From Alphaproteobacteria bacterium (GTDB taxonomy: Bacteria; Pseudomonadota; Alphaproteobacteria; GCA-2731375), in contig CBDDBZ010000037.1 in assembly GCA_965225945.1 (NCBI GenBank), positions 192,001 to 256,000 of the forward strand: a stretch of 64,000 bases of DNA. Reading direction: 5' to 3'. Below are positions 20,069 through 28,644 of this stretch, in pieces; the first letter of the stretch is position 1; every line of letters starts with the position of its first letter. The notes under the pieces are model-generated. The model saw nothing but the letters and a program-made list of their open reading frames with translations. It did not search any database and had not been told where the DNA came from. The position numbers were made by a program, and so were the translations under genes.

Positions 20069-21391
20069 ATGATCCCCCGCTATTCGCGGCCCGAGATGAC
20101 GGCGCTCTGGGCGCCCGAGGCCAGGTTTCGAATCTGGTTCGAGATCGAGGCCCATGCCTGCGACGCGCAAGCCGAATTGGGCGTGATCCCACGCGAGGCG
20201 GCCGAGGCGGTCTGGCAACGCGGCGCGTTCGAGGTCGCGCGGATCGACGCGATCGAGGCGGAGGTGAAGCACGACGTCATCGCCTTCCTCACCAACCTCG
20301 CCGAGCACGTCGGCCCCGAGGCCCGCTTCGTGCATCAGGGCATGACCTCGTCCGACGTGCTGGACACCTGCTTCAACCTGCAACTGGTCCGCGCCGCCGA
20401 CATTCTACTGGCCGACCTCGATGCGCTGCTCCAGGCCTTGGAGAGGCGCGCGCGGGAGCACAAGACCACGCCCTGCATCGGCCGCAGCCACGCCATCCAC
20501 GCCGAGCCCACCACCTTCGGCCTGAAGCTGGCGCAGGCCTACGCGGAATTCGCCCGCAACCGCGTGCGGCTGGAGGCGGCGCGCGAAGAGGTGGCGACCT
20601 GCGCGCTCTCCGGCGCCGTCGGCACCTTTGCCGGGATCGACCCCCGGGTGGAGGCGCATGTGGCCGGGAAGCTCGGCCTCCGGGCGGAGCCGATCTCGAG
20701 CCAAGTGATCCCGCGCGACCGCCATGCGATGTATTTCGCCACGCTGGCCGTGGTGGCCTCCTCGATCGAGCGGCTGGCGGTGGAGCTCCGCCACCTGCAG
20801 CGGACCGAGGTGGGGGAGGCCGAGGAGTTCTTCGCGGAGGGCCAGAAAGGCTCCAGCGCCATGCCGCACAAGCGCAATCCGGTGCTGAGCGAGAACCTGA
20901 CCGGGCTCGCCCGCATGGTCCGGGCCTATGCGCTGCCGGCCTTGGAGAACGTGGCGCTGTGGCACGAGCGGGACATCTCGCACTCCAGCGTCGAGCGGAT
21001 GATCGGCCCCGACGCTACGGTGACGCTGGATTTCGCGCTTTCGCGCCTGGCCGGGGTGATCGAGCGCCTGGTGGTCTATCCCGAGAACATGGCACGGAAC
21101 ATGGACAGGTTGGGCGGCCTGATCCACAGCCAGGCGGTGCTGCTGGCGCTGACGCAAGCCGGCATGAGCCGCGAAGCGGCCTACGCCCTGGTGCAGAAGA
21201 ACGCCACGGCGGTCTCGCGCGAGGGCGGGAGTTTCCTCGAACGCCTGAAGGCGGATGCGGAGGTGGCGACGCTGCTGGATGCGGCGAGGCTGGAGGGCTT
21301 GTTCGATCTGGCGCCGCATCTGCGGCATGTCGACGATATTTTCGAGCGGGTGTTCGGGAGTAGCGAGGGGTCGCTCGGTAAGTCCGCGTGA
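20069..21391 (+). CDS. purB: adenylosuccinate lyase
   Basis: MIPRYSRPEM, HDVIAF, GSSAMPHKRNP, HERDISHSSVER. Confidence 0.97.
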   Translation: MIPRYSRPEMTALWAPEARFRIWFEIEAHACDAQAELGVIPREAAEAVWQRGAFEVARIDAIEAEVKHDVIAFLTNLAEHVGPEARFVHQGMTSSDVLDTCFNLQLVRAADILLADLDALLQALERRAREHKTTPCIGRSHAIHAEPTTFGLKLAQAYAEFARNRVRLEAAREEVATCALSGAVGTFAGIDPRVEAHVAGKLGLRAEPISSQVIPRDRHAMYFATLAVVASSIERLAVELRHLQRTEVGEAEEFFAEGQKGSSAMPHKRNPVLSENLTGLARMVRAYALPALENVALWHERDISHSSVERMIGPDATVTLDFALSRLAGVIERLVVYPENMARNMDRLGGLIHSQAVLLALTQAGMSREAAYALVQKNATAVSREGGSFLERLKADAEVATLLDAARLEGLFDLAPHLRHVDDIFERVFGSSEGSLGKSA

Positions 21392-21435
21392 TCGATCGGT
21401 CCGAGCCGTAAGCGACGGCCGCGCCCGGCGCTCCC

Positions 21436-22437
21436 TCAGATGCCGTGGGCCTGTTCGCGCCGGGCGCGCATGACCTCGTGGCTTTCCGCCGTGCCGTCGT
21501 GCCAGGAGCCGAACCACTTGTCGAGCGGCACCGTCCCGTCGCCGCCATAGTTGCACTCGAAATAGCGGTGATGCAGGTGGTGGAAATAACGCTGCCCGAT
21601 TCCGTATTCGTTCTCGCCCTTCGTCAGCAGCTTGTGGAAGCCCACGTGACCGAGGGCGGGCGCCAGGCCGGTCTGCTGCAGGTGAAAGATCGCGTGCAGC
21701 GGATGGGAGAGCAGGATCCAGTGCAGCAGCACGCCGGAGAAGTAGACGATGTGCTCGACCGGATGCATCGACATGCCCGACCAGGGGCCGATATCGACGT
21801 TCTTGTGGTGCAGCGCGTGGAACGGCTTGTAGAGGAAGCGGTGGTGCAGCAGGCGATGGACGAAATAGAAGTGGACGTCGCGGATCATCGGAATGGCGCA
21901 GAACAGCAGCACGAAATAAACCGGATGCGCCTCCCAGCTCAGCATCGGGATATAGCCGTTGGCGAAGGCCCACAGCGTCACGACCTCGTAGGCGGTCCAG
22001 ACGGCGACACCGCTGCCCGCGGTCCAGAAGACGTTCTCGCGAACCTGGTTGCCGAAGAGGAAGCGGCGCTGCGTGGCCGTCGGCTCCCGCCGGTTCAACA
22101 TGTAGCGGGTGCCCTGCGACTTCAGGATATAGAAGCGCAGATGCAAGCCGCCGAAGACCAGGAAAGTCAGGCCGAGGTTTCGGCCATAGACGATGGCGAT
22201 CCAATCCCACTGGAACGTCGTCATGCGTGCGAGCTCGGGCGTGAATGCGAACCAGGTCAGGACGGCAAGCCCCATGTAAAGGATGTTGAGGGGCAGGAAG
22301 TAGCCCGGAAGGGAGAAGAAGAACTTGAACATGGCCACGGGCCGGGGTGGCCAGACGAAGACCGGAGCCTCGACGATCGGCGTGTCGGGTGGCGTATCGT
22401 CTCGGCGCGTATAGTCGCCGATGGTGGTCTCGGCCAT
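21436..22437 (-). CDS. sterol desaturase/fatty acid hydroxylase family protein
   Basis: His boxes HRLLH, HALHH, HHLHH; transmembrane segments. Confidence 0.9.
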   Translation of the reverse strand: MAETTIGDYTRRDDTPPDTPIVEAPVFVWPPRPVAMFKFFFSLPGYFLPLNILYMGLAVLTWFAFTPELARMTTFQWDWIAIVYGRNLGLTFLVFGGLHLRFYILKSQGTRYMLNRREPTATQRRFLFGNQVRENVFWTAGSGVAVWTAYEVVTLWAFANGYIPMLSWEAHPVYFVLLFCAIPMIRDVHFYFVHRLLHHRFLYKPFHALHHKNVDIGPWSGMSMHPVEHIVYFSGVLLHWILLSHPLHAIFHLQQTGLAPALGHVGFHKLLTKGENEYGIGQRYFHHLHHRYFECNYGGDGTVPLDKWFGSWHDGTAESHEVMRARREQAHGI

Positions 22438-22567
22438 GGTCTGCCCTTCCCCTCGATTCGAGGCCGGTGGCTCGATCCGGTCACGGGCGAGCCTAGCAGA
22501 CGCGACCCTTCGCAGGCAATATTGGCGAGGGAAGGCACGCTTCGCTCGCCGGGGCCCGCGCCGGCCG

Positions 22568-23359
22568 TCAGATCCCCAGCAACTCCGCCGTCGTGAGAAT
22601 GCGATAGATCTTTTTCACCCGGTCCTCGGGGATCTCGATATCGTCGCGCGGCGGGTTGAATTGGGCCAGCACGACAAGGCCACCGCCCCGGCGGACATAG
22701 CGCTTGACGTAGCAGGCGCCGGGGACCTCGTCGGCGCCGTGGAGTTCGACGATGACGTCGGCGCCGGGGCGGGCGGGCAGGTGCGGGTTGACGTAGACCA
22801 GATCGCCGGGATCGAACCTGGGCGCCATCGAGTCGCCGGCGACGTAAACCGCGAAGATGCCACTCGCCGCCGCCACGCCCGGCGGTCGGCGCACCCGGTC
22901 GATGACCTCGCCGTTGAAGGCGAACTCCCTGTCGCCGCCGCCGACGGCGGTGCCTAGGACCTCGACGTCGCGCGGCATCCGGGCCGGCGCGATGTCACGG
23001 CGCACCGGCGTCGGGCGCTGCGGATCGGCGATCGGGTCTCGGCCCGAGGGCGTCTCGGCACCGCGAACCGGCGGGGCCGGCGCGGCGGCCTCGAACTCCG
23101 CGTCGCCCGTCTCGCCGAAATGGCCGGGCGGCAGGGGCGGATCCTCCAGGCCCGGCTGGCCCTCGCCGGTATAGAGCCAGACCCAACTCACCCCCAGGTG
23201 CGCCGCGTAGCGCCGCGCCGATCGCTCGCCGAAATTACGCGAGCCCGCCTCGTGCGCCCGGTAGGTCACCTCCGGAACGTCCAGGGCGCGGGCGAACTCG
23301 GCCGCCGAATCATATTCGAGCGCGCGGGCCCAATGCAGTCGTGTCGGCTTGTCGACCAT
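22568..23359 (-). CDS. CI/LexA-like repressor (HTH + S24 peptidase)
   Basis: N-terminal HTH (AEFARALDVPEVTYRAHEAG..WLYTGEG); VAGDSMAP catalytic Ser and YVKR catalytic Lys. Confidence 0.88.
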   Translation of the reverse strand: MVDKPTRLHWARALEYDSAAEFARALDVPEVTYRAHEAGSRNFGERSARRYAAHLGVSWVWLYTGEGQPGLEDPPLPPGHFGETGDAEFEAAAPAPPVRGAETPSGRDPIADPQRPTPVRRDIAPARMPRDVEVLGTAVGGGDREFAFNGEVIDRVRRPPGVAAASGIFAVYVAGDSMAPRFDPGDLVYVNPHLPARPGADVIVELHGADEVPGACYVKRYVRRGGGLVVLAQFNPPRDDIEIPEDRVKKIYRILTTAELLGI

Positions 23360-23465
23360 CTGGTTCCTTTCGCCCCCGCGGGAGCGAGCCCTCTTGTTTC
23401 CCGCGCCCTGGTGGACGGTCCCGCGCCGCCCCGGCCACCCGCAGATTCGATTACGGAGTGTAACG

Positions 23466-23525
23466 GACATTTTGTCACTTGTCAGATACATTTTGTATTG
23501 ACTTCGATGAGATGCATATTGTATC
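23466..23525. promoter_or_regulatory. three operator-like palindromes overlapping a rightward promoter
   Basis: GACA-TTT-TGTC (23466), GATACA-TTT-TGTATT (23485), GATGCA-TAT-TGTATC (23511); TTGACT at 23498. Confidence 0.7.
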
Positions 23526-23654
23526 GTCTGTTCACGCGAGGCGGCCGAAACATCGTCGACCAGCCGAAAGAAGTCCGGGCCGCCGCCGCTGGCACCCCAT
23601 GGCGCCCTTTCGACGGCTCGCGACGTGGTTCCGCGAGCTCGCTTCGAGGGGGGC

Positions 23655-23765
23655 ATGACCGACATATCACGCAGCGACGAGAAGCCTCCATTCTGGCCGG
23701 AGCGGGCGACGCCGTCGCGACCTCGCCGAATTCCGGTGTCGAGGACAGGGGTGGTGACCGGGTGA
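23655..23765 (+). CDS. putative 36-aa leader ORF coupled to the DUF6456-like gene
   Basis: GAGGGGGG RBS, ATG at 23655, TGA overlaps next GTG (GTGA); below ORF-track cutoff. Confidence 0.35.
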   Translation: MTDISRSDEKPPFWPERATPSRPRRIPVSRTGVVTG

Positions 23766-24496
23766 GCCGGCGGATCACCCAGAAGGCGCGGGCGCTGGCG
23801 GCGGCCCGCGCCCTCGAGCGCGCGCGGCAAGCGGGCGTCGTGCCCGCCGATCCCGACGCCCTGGCCGCGGCGGCGATCGAGGCGGCGGCGCGCGAGGTGC
23901 AACGGCGCACGCGCGCACTTCGCGCCGCCGGGCGCAACCCCCGGGCGCGCGGCCGGGTGGACCGCGACGACACCCGACCGACGCCCGAGCAGTTGGCGCG
24001 CGATAGCTATGGCGACGTCGAGACCCTGACCCAGGACGCCCGCGGCGCGCCGGTCTGCGCGGTGGCCAAGCGCAACCTGACCGCCGAGCCCTTGGACCGC
24101 TATCTGAAGCGCGGCCGGATCGAGCGTGGCGCCTGGGAGGCCGGCGATCGCTTCCGCCGCCAGTGGCACGTTTCCGGCCTGGAACGCAACATGGTGAGCG
24201 GCTACGACGGCATCCGCATCGACGGCGCCGATCCCGCCTGGCAGATTCCCGTCACCGAACGCCAGGCCCAGGCACGCCAAGCGGTGCGGGCGGCGCTGGC
24301 CGGCGTCGGCAAACTCGCGGGGTCGGTGCTGATTGGCCACCTGGTCCTCGAACACACCGCCCGCGACATCGGCCACCTGGCCGGGCGCCGCGGCAAATAC
24401 GCCGAAGTCGCCGGCATGGAGCGTATCCGGATGGCCCTGGCCATTCTGGCGCACACCTACGGGATTGCGCTCGGCGACGGGGGCAGGGGGAGATGA
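23762..24496 (+). CDS. DUF6456-like (GafA C-terminal/GafZ-like) regulator
   Basis: PLDRYLKRGRI...AGDRFRRQW...ARQAVRAALAGVG...RMALAILAHTYG pattern; recognised by eye. Confidence 0.65.
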   Translation: MSRRITQKARALAAARALERARQAGVVPADPDALAAAAIEAAAREVQRRTRALRAAGRNPRARGRVDRDDTRPTPEQLARDSYGDVETLTQDARGAPVCAVAKRNLTAEPLDRYLKRGRIERGAWEAGDRFRRQWHVSGLERNMVSGYDGIRIDGADPAWQIPVTERQAQARQAVRAALAGVGKLAGSVLIGHLVLEHTARDIGHLAGRRGKYAEVAGMERIRMALAILAHTYGIALGDGGRGR

Positions 24497-24522
24497 AGTG
24501 GGGGGAGGAGGCCGCCATCGGC

Positions 24523-25500
24523 TCAAGCGCGACCGTCGTCGTCTCGCCACGCTTCCGGGTGCGCGCGCATCCACTCGGCGTAGGCCGCGATTCCGGCCTC
24601 GAGCGTAAACCCAGGCTCGAACCCGGTGTCGTCGCGCAGTCTGTGCCCGGCAAGCGGCCCTCGCATGGCGGTAAATCGAGTCCAGGGTTCCGTACCGGGC
24701 CCGAGTTCGAGCTCGGCCGCCGGCACGGCCGCGCGGACCGCGGCCGCCACCTCGCGGGCGCTGAAGTTGACGCCGGGTCCCAGGTGGTAGACGTCGAAGC
24801 GCAACTCGGTTGCCTCAGCCGCCGCCAACAGGCCGCCGGCAACGTCTTCGACAAAGGTGAAACTGGCCGCGAAATCCCCGCCGGGCTCTCGAACGGTTTC
24901 TCCTCGTAGCGCGCGCGTCAGGTAGGAAGGGATCGGCCCCCGCGTCGGCCCCAGCGCGATCACCGGCGGCCCATAGACCCAGGAGATCCGCACCGTACTC
25001 GCCGACAGCCCGAACACCGCTCGGTACATGCGGCACAGCATCTCCGCGCTTGTCTTGGTGGTGCTGTAAATATCCTCGGGCTCGGGCAAGCCATCCTCGG
25101 GTATCGGCGAGGTGGTGTCGGCGCGCTTCTGAAACACCGATCCGGTACCGACCAGGACGAAGCGGCGCCAGCCTCGGCGCCGCGCCGCGTCCAGCAGGTT
25201 GGCGGTTGCGCCGACGTTGGTGGCGACCGCCCGCAACGGCGCCGGGCGGGCCATCGCCTCGTTCGAAACGGCGGCGGCGTGAATGCAGGCATCGATATGG
25301 CGACTTCCGACCAGGCGGTCGACCTGGGCCGCATCGTCCAGATCACATGGCGCCCACTCGACCTTCGAAGCCTCCCTCTCGGGCGCGAGCGCTCTGCGCT
25401 CGCCGCGATAGACCGCGACGACATCCAGGCCACGACGCGCGGCCGCCTCGACGATCCGGGCTCCGACGTGGCCCGTGGCGCCCGTGACCAGCAGCCTCAT
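24523..25500 (-). CDS. NAD-dependent epimerase/dehydratase (extended SDR)
   Basis: VTGATGHVG, HAAA, YSTTK, VYGP. Confidence 0.92.
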   Translation of the reverse strand: MRLLVTGATGHVGARIVEAAARRGLDVVAVYRGERRALAPEREASKVEWAPCDLDDAAQVDRLVGSRHIDACIHAAAVSNEAMARPAPLRAVATNVGATANLLDAARRRGWRRFVLVGTGSVFQKRADTTSPIPEDGLPEPEDIYSTTKTSAEMLCRMYRAVFGLSASTVRISWVYGPPVIALGPTRGPIPSYLTRALRGETVREPGGDFAASFTFVEDVAGGLLAAAEATELRFDVYHLGPGVNFSAREVAAAVRAAVPAAELELGPGTEPWTRFTAMRGPLAGHRLRDDTGFEPGFTLEAGIAAYAEWMRAHPEAWRDDDGRA

Positions 25501-25548
25501 GCGCCCTCTCCCTCGCCGTCCGGCCTCGCGCGCTCTGGACCGAGGATC

Positions 25549-25610
25549 AAAAAAGGGGTCATTGTACTTTATTCGGCGGAACGCGCCATAAAGCAGAATG
25601 ACCCCTTTTT
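25549..25610. repeat. REP-like palindrome, copy 1
   Basis: AAAAAGGGGTCATTGTACTTTAT...ATAAAGCAGAATGACCCCTTTTT; second copy at 51255. Confidence 0.8.
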
Positions 25611-25629
25611 GCGCGCTCTCGACCGAGGA

Positions 25630-26796
25630 TCAGTAGGACTTCGGAAGCCCCAGCACGCGTTCCGCCAGATAGCAGAGGATCAACTGCGGGCTGATCGGCG
25701 CCAGGCGATGGATCAGGACTTCGCGGAAATAGCGCTCGACGTGATAGGCCTTGGCGTAGCCCATCGCGCCATGCGTCAGGATCGCCGTCGAGCAGGCCTT
25801 GAAGGCCACCTCGCCGGCCAAATACTTGGCCGCGTTCGCTTCCGCGCCCGAGGGCCGGCCGGCGTCATAGAGCGCCGCCGCCTTGAAGGCCATCAGGTTT
25901 GCCGCCTCGAGTTCGGCCCAGCATTCGGCCAGGGGATGTTGGATGGCCTGGTTCATGGCGATCGGGCGGTCGAAGACGATGCGGTTCCGCGCATGGTCGG
26001 CGGCGCGCTTCAGCGCCACCCGTCCCAGCCCCACCATGCCGGCGGCGATCAGGATTCGCTCGGGGTTGAGGCCGGCCAAGAGATAGCGGAAGCCCATGCC
26101 TTCCTCGCCGATCCTGTCGCCCAGCGGGATCGGCAGGCCGTCGATGAAGAGCTGGTTCGAATCGACGCATTTGCGACCCATCTTCTCGATCTCGCGGATC
26201 TCGACATAGTCCCGGTCGAGGTCGGTATAGAACAGCGTCAGGCCGTCGATCGGCTTTTCTGTTTCCGCCTCCGGAATCGTGCGCACGATGAGCAGCATCT
26301 TGTTGGCGACCTGCGCAGCGGAGGTCCAGATCTTGTGGCCGTGAACGATGTAGTGCTCGCCGTCGCGCACCGCGCGGGTCTTCAACCGCGTGGTGTCGAG
26401 GCCGGTGTTCGGCTCGGTGACGCAGATGCAGGCCCGATCCTCGCGCCGGATGATCGGCGCCAGCCAGCGCCGTTTCTGCTCTTCCGTGCCATGGACCACC
26501 ACCGGGTTGAGACCGAAGATGGCGAGGGCGACCGAGGAGACGCCACCGTTGGCCGCGCCCGATTCCGAAATGGCCTGCATCATGATCGCCGCCTCGGTAA
26601 TGCCGAGGCCGCGACCGCCATGGGCCTCCGGCATGGCGATGCCGAGCCAGCCGGCGTCCGCCATGGCCTGGCAGAAATCCTCCGGAAAACGTCCGTCGCT
26701 ATCGCGCGCGAGCCAGTATTCGTCGCCGAAGCGAGCGCAAAGTTCGAGCACGCTCTCTCTGATCTGCCTCTGCTCCGCGCTCCAGGAGAAATCCAT
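25630..26796 (-). CDS. acyl-CoA dehydrogenase
   Basis: TEPNTGLD, GHKIWTS, LNPERI, HGAMGY. Confidence 0.95.
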   Translation of the reverse strand: MDFSWSAEQRQIRESVLELCARFGDEYWLARDSDGRFPEDFCQAMADAGWLGIAMPEAHGGRGLGITEAAIMMQAISESGAANGGVSSVALAIFGLNPVVVHGTEEQKRRWLAPIIRREDRACICVTEPNTGLDTTRLKTRAVRDGEHYIVHGHKIWTSAAQVANKMLLIVRTIPEAETEKPIDGLTLFYTDLDRDYVEIREIEKMGRKCVDSNQLFIDGLPIPLGDRIGEEGMGFRYLLAGLNPERILIAAGMVGLGRVALKRAADHARNRIVFDRPIAMNQAIQHPLAECWAELEAANLMAFKAAALYDAGRPSGAEANAAKYLAGEVAFKACSTAILTHGAMGYAKAYHVERYFREVLIHRLAPISPQLILCYLAERVLGLPKSY

Positions 26797-26924
26797 GCCT
26801 GCTTTCCGCGCTTCCTCGGCCAGTCCGGATCGCTAGCATATCAGGCACGGCGAGGCGACCCGGCGGGATGTCGGGTAGAGTGCCAATGTGTGGCCATGCT
26901 GGCAGCTTTGCTCGATGCTGGCGC

Positions 26925-28091
26925 ATGGCCACGTCCTCCAGCAACGATGCGGGTCGTCACGATGGGTCGTGGCGCGGTCTCTGGCTGTCCTCGGGCGCGC
27001 TTTCCCTCGCGATCGTCGGCGACGCGTTGCTCTATGTCGTGCTTCCCGTCAACGCCGAGCGTTTCGGTGTCGGCCTCGCCTGGGTCGGCGTGCTGCTGGC
27101 CGCGAACCGCGTCGTGCGGACCTTCGCCTACGGCTGGATCGCCGTATTGGGCGAGCGCGTGGGGATCAAACGGCTCTGCATCGCCGCCTCGATCACCGCC
27201 GTCCTCTCGACGGCGATGTACGGCCTGTTCCAGGGCTGGGCGGCGCTGCTGGCGGCGCGACTCGTGTGGGGCTTGTCGTATGGCGCCCTTCTGTTGGTGG
27301 CGCTCGGCCATGCGACGTCGGACCCGGCGCGCACGGGGGTTCGGGTCGGCGTCAGCCGGGCCGTCGAGCAGGTCGGCCCGCTGCTGGCCTTGACCGCCGG
27401 CGCCTGGCTCGCGGGAATCGTCGGACCCAGAGAGGTCTTTCTCTACCTCGCCCTGTTGACGGCGACGGCGGTGCCGTTCGCCCTCATGCTGCCGGCCGCG
27501 CCCGCCCGCCCGCCGGCGCCGGCCGCGCGCCGGCCGAGCGCGCTGCCCCGGCCGGACCGTCTCGATATCTTGATCTTCTGGGTGGGCTTCGGCGTCGACG
27601 GTGTCTTCACCATGACGGTGACGATCATGCTGGCGGCCCATCTCGGGCTAGAGGCCGCGATGCTGTCCGCGGGGCTGCTGTTCGCCGGGCGACGCGTCGC
27701 CGAGATCGTCGCGGCCCCGCTTTCCGGCGCGCTTGCCGACCGCTTCGGCACCCGCCGGCCGCTGCTCGTAGCCTCGCTCCTGCTCGTAGCCGGCTTGGGC
27801 TTGGTCGGCTTCGGCTGGCTCGCCGCGGGCGCGCTCGCCATCCTGCTCGCCCGGGGCGCCTTGGGAACCTTGATTCCCGCCGCGGTCGCGCGCATCTCGC
27901 CGGGCGCCGTGTTGCGGCCGCTGGCGCGCAACCAGACCTGGCGCGACCTCGGCGCGGCGGCCGGGCCGCTGACCACGGGCTTCGTTCTCGGGCAGGTGAC
28001 GCCCGAGAGCCTCCATCTGATTCTCGCCGCGATCTTCGCCGCGAGCCTGCTCTGGCTCATGGCCTCGCCGAGCTGGCGGCGAGGCGCCTGA
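26925..28091 (+). CDS. MFS transporter
   Basis: About 12 hydrophobic segments; GALADRFGTRR MFS motif. Confidence 0.88.
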   Translation: MATSSSNDAGRHDGSWRGLWLSSGALSLAIVGDALLYVVLPVNAERFGVGLAWVGVLLAANRVVRTFAYGWIAVLGERVGIKRLCIAASITAVLSTAMYGLFQGWAALLAARLVWGLSYGALLLVALGHATSDPARTGVRVGVSRAVEQVGPLLALTAGAWLAGIVGPREVFLYLALLTATAVPFALMLPAAPARPPAPAARRPSALPRPDRLDILIFWVGFGVDGVFTMTVTIMLAAHLGLEAAMLSAGLLFAGRRVAEIVAAPLSGALADRFGTRRPLLVASLLLVAGLGLVGFGWLAAGALAILLARGALGTLIPAAVARISPGAVLRPLARNQTWRDLGAAAGPLTTGFVLGQVTPESLHLILAAIFAASLLWLMASPSWRRGA

Positions 28092-28206
28092 TGGCCATGT
28101 TGAACGAGGCCAAGCGGCGGCGATGGGCATGGTGATCTGCCCCACCAACGCGCTGCCTCCGGTTAGACAAGCCCACTCGTAAAAATTTGATATTGCGGTT
28201 GAAATT

Positions 28207-28250
28207 TGGTGCGCCCGACAGGACTCGAACCTGTGACCGAGTGATTAAAA
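28207..28250 (-). repeat. att-like duplicate of the tRNA-Lys 3' end
   Basis: 44-bp match to 41174-41217 with 2 mismatches. Confidence 0.9.
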
Positions 28251-28427
28251 ATGCACCAAGGCATTAATCCTCGATCAGTGACCACTCCTGACCGCATTAC
28301 AGCCATGACACCAACTCCATCAGCGACGGAAACATGAAACATCGACCAAAGTACCCTTGCTGGAGACGTCGCCATGAGGGGGTGCTCCGCTGGCTCGTCG
28401 AACATCCGTGGGTGACCCTCAAGGCGT

Positions 28428-28644
28428 GCGCCGGAACGTCCGCTCCGACACGCCCAGGATCTCCGAGGCCTCGGCCTGGCTCAAATCACCCCGATGGCAG
28501 CGACCGTAGACATCCTCGAACTTCATCAGTCTCAGTCCCTGCAACTGCTCCGTCCGGCGCATCCGATTCCTCCATCTTTGGAGGCATTCTAAAACCGGAC
28601 AGATCATCTGTTACATAGACCGGTCATATCTCGTGTTAGCGACA
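28428..28644 (-). pseudogene. remnant of ISNCY/IS481-like element (left end plus transposase N-terminus)
   Basis: MRRTEQLQGLRLMKFEDVY..LSQAEASEILGVSERTFRR HTH, truncated; end reads TGTCGCTAACA with internal repeats. Confidence 0.65.

Noticed and set aside
22568-24496. Intact prophage
   Set aside because: No integrase, replication or structural genes and no att sites nearby
28207-28250. Second tRNA-Lys gene
   Set aside because: Only the 3' 44 nt are present; treated as an att repeat
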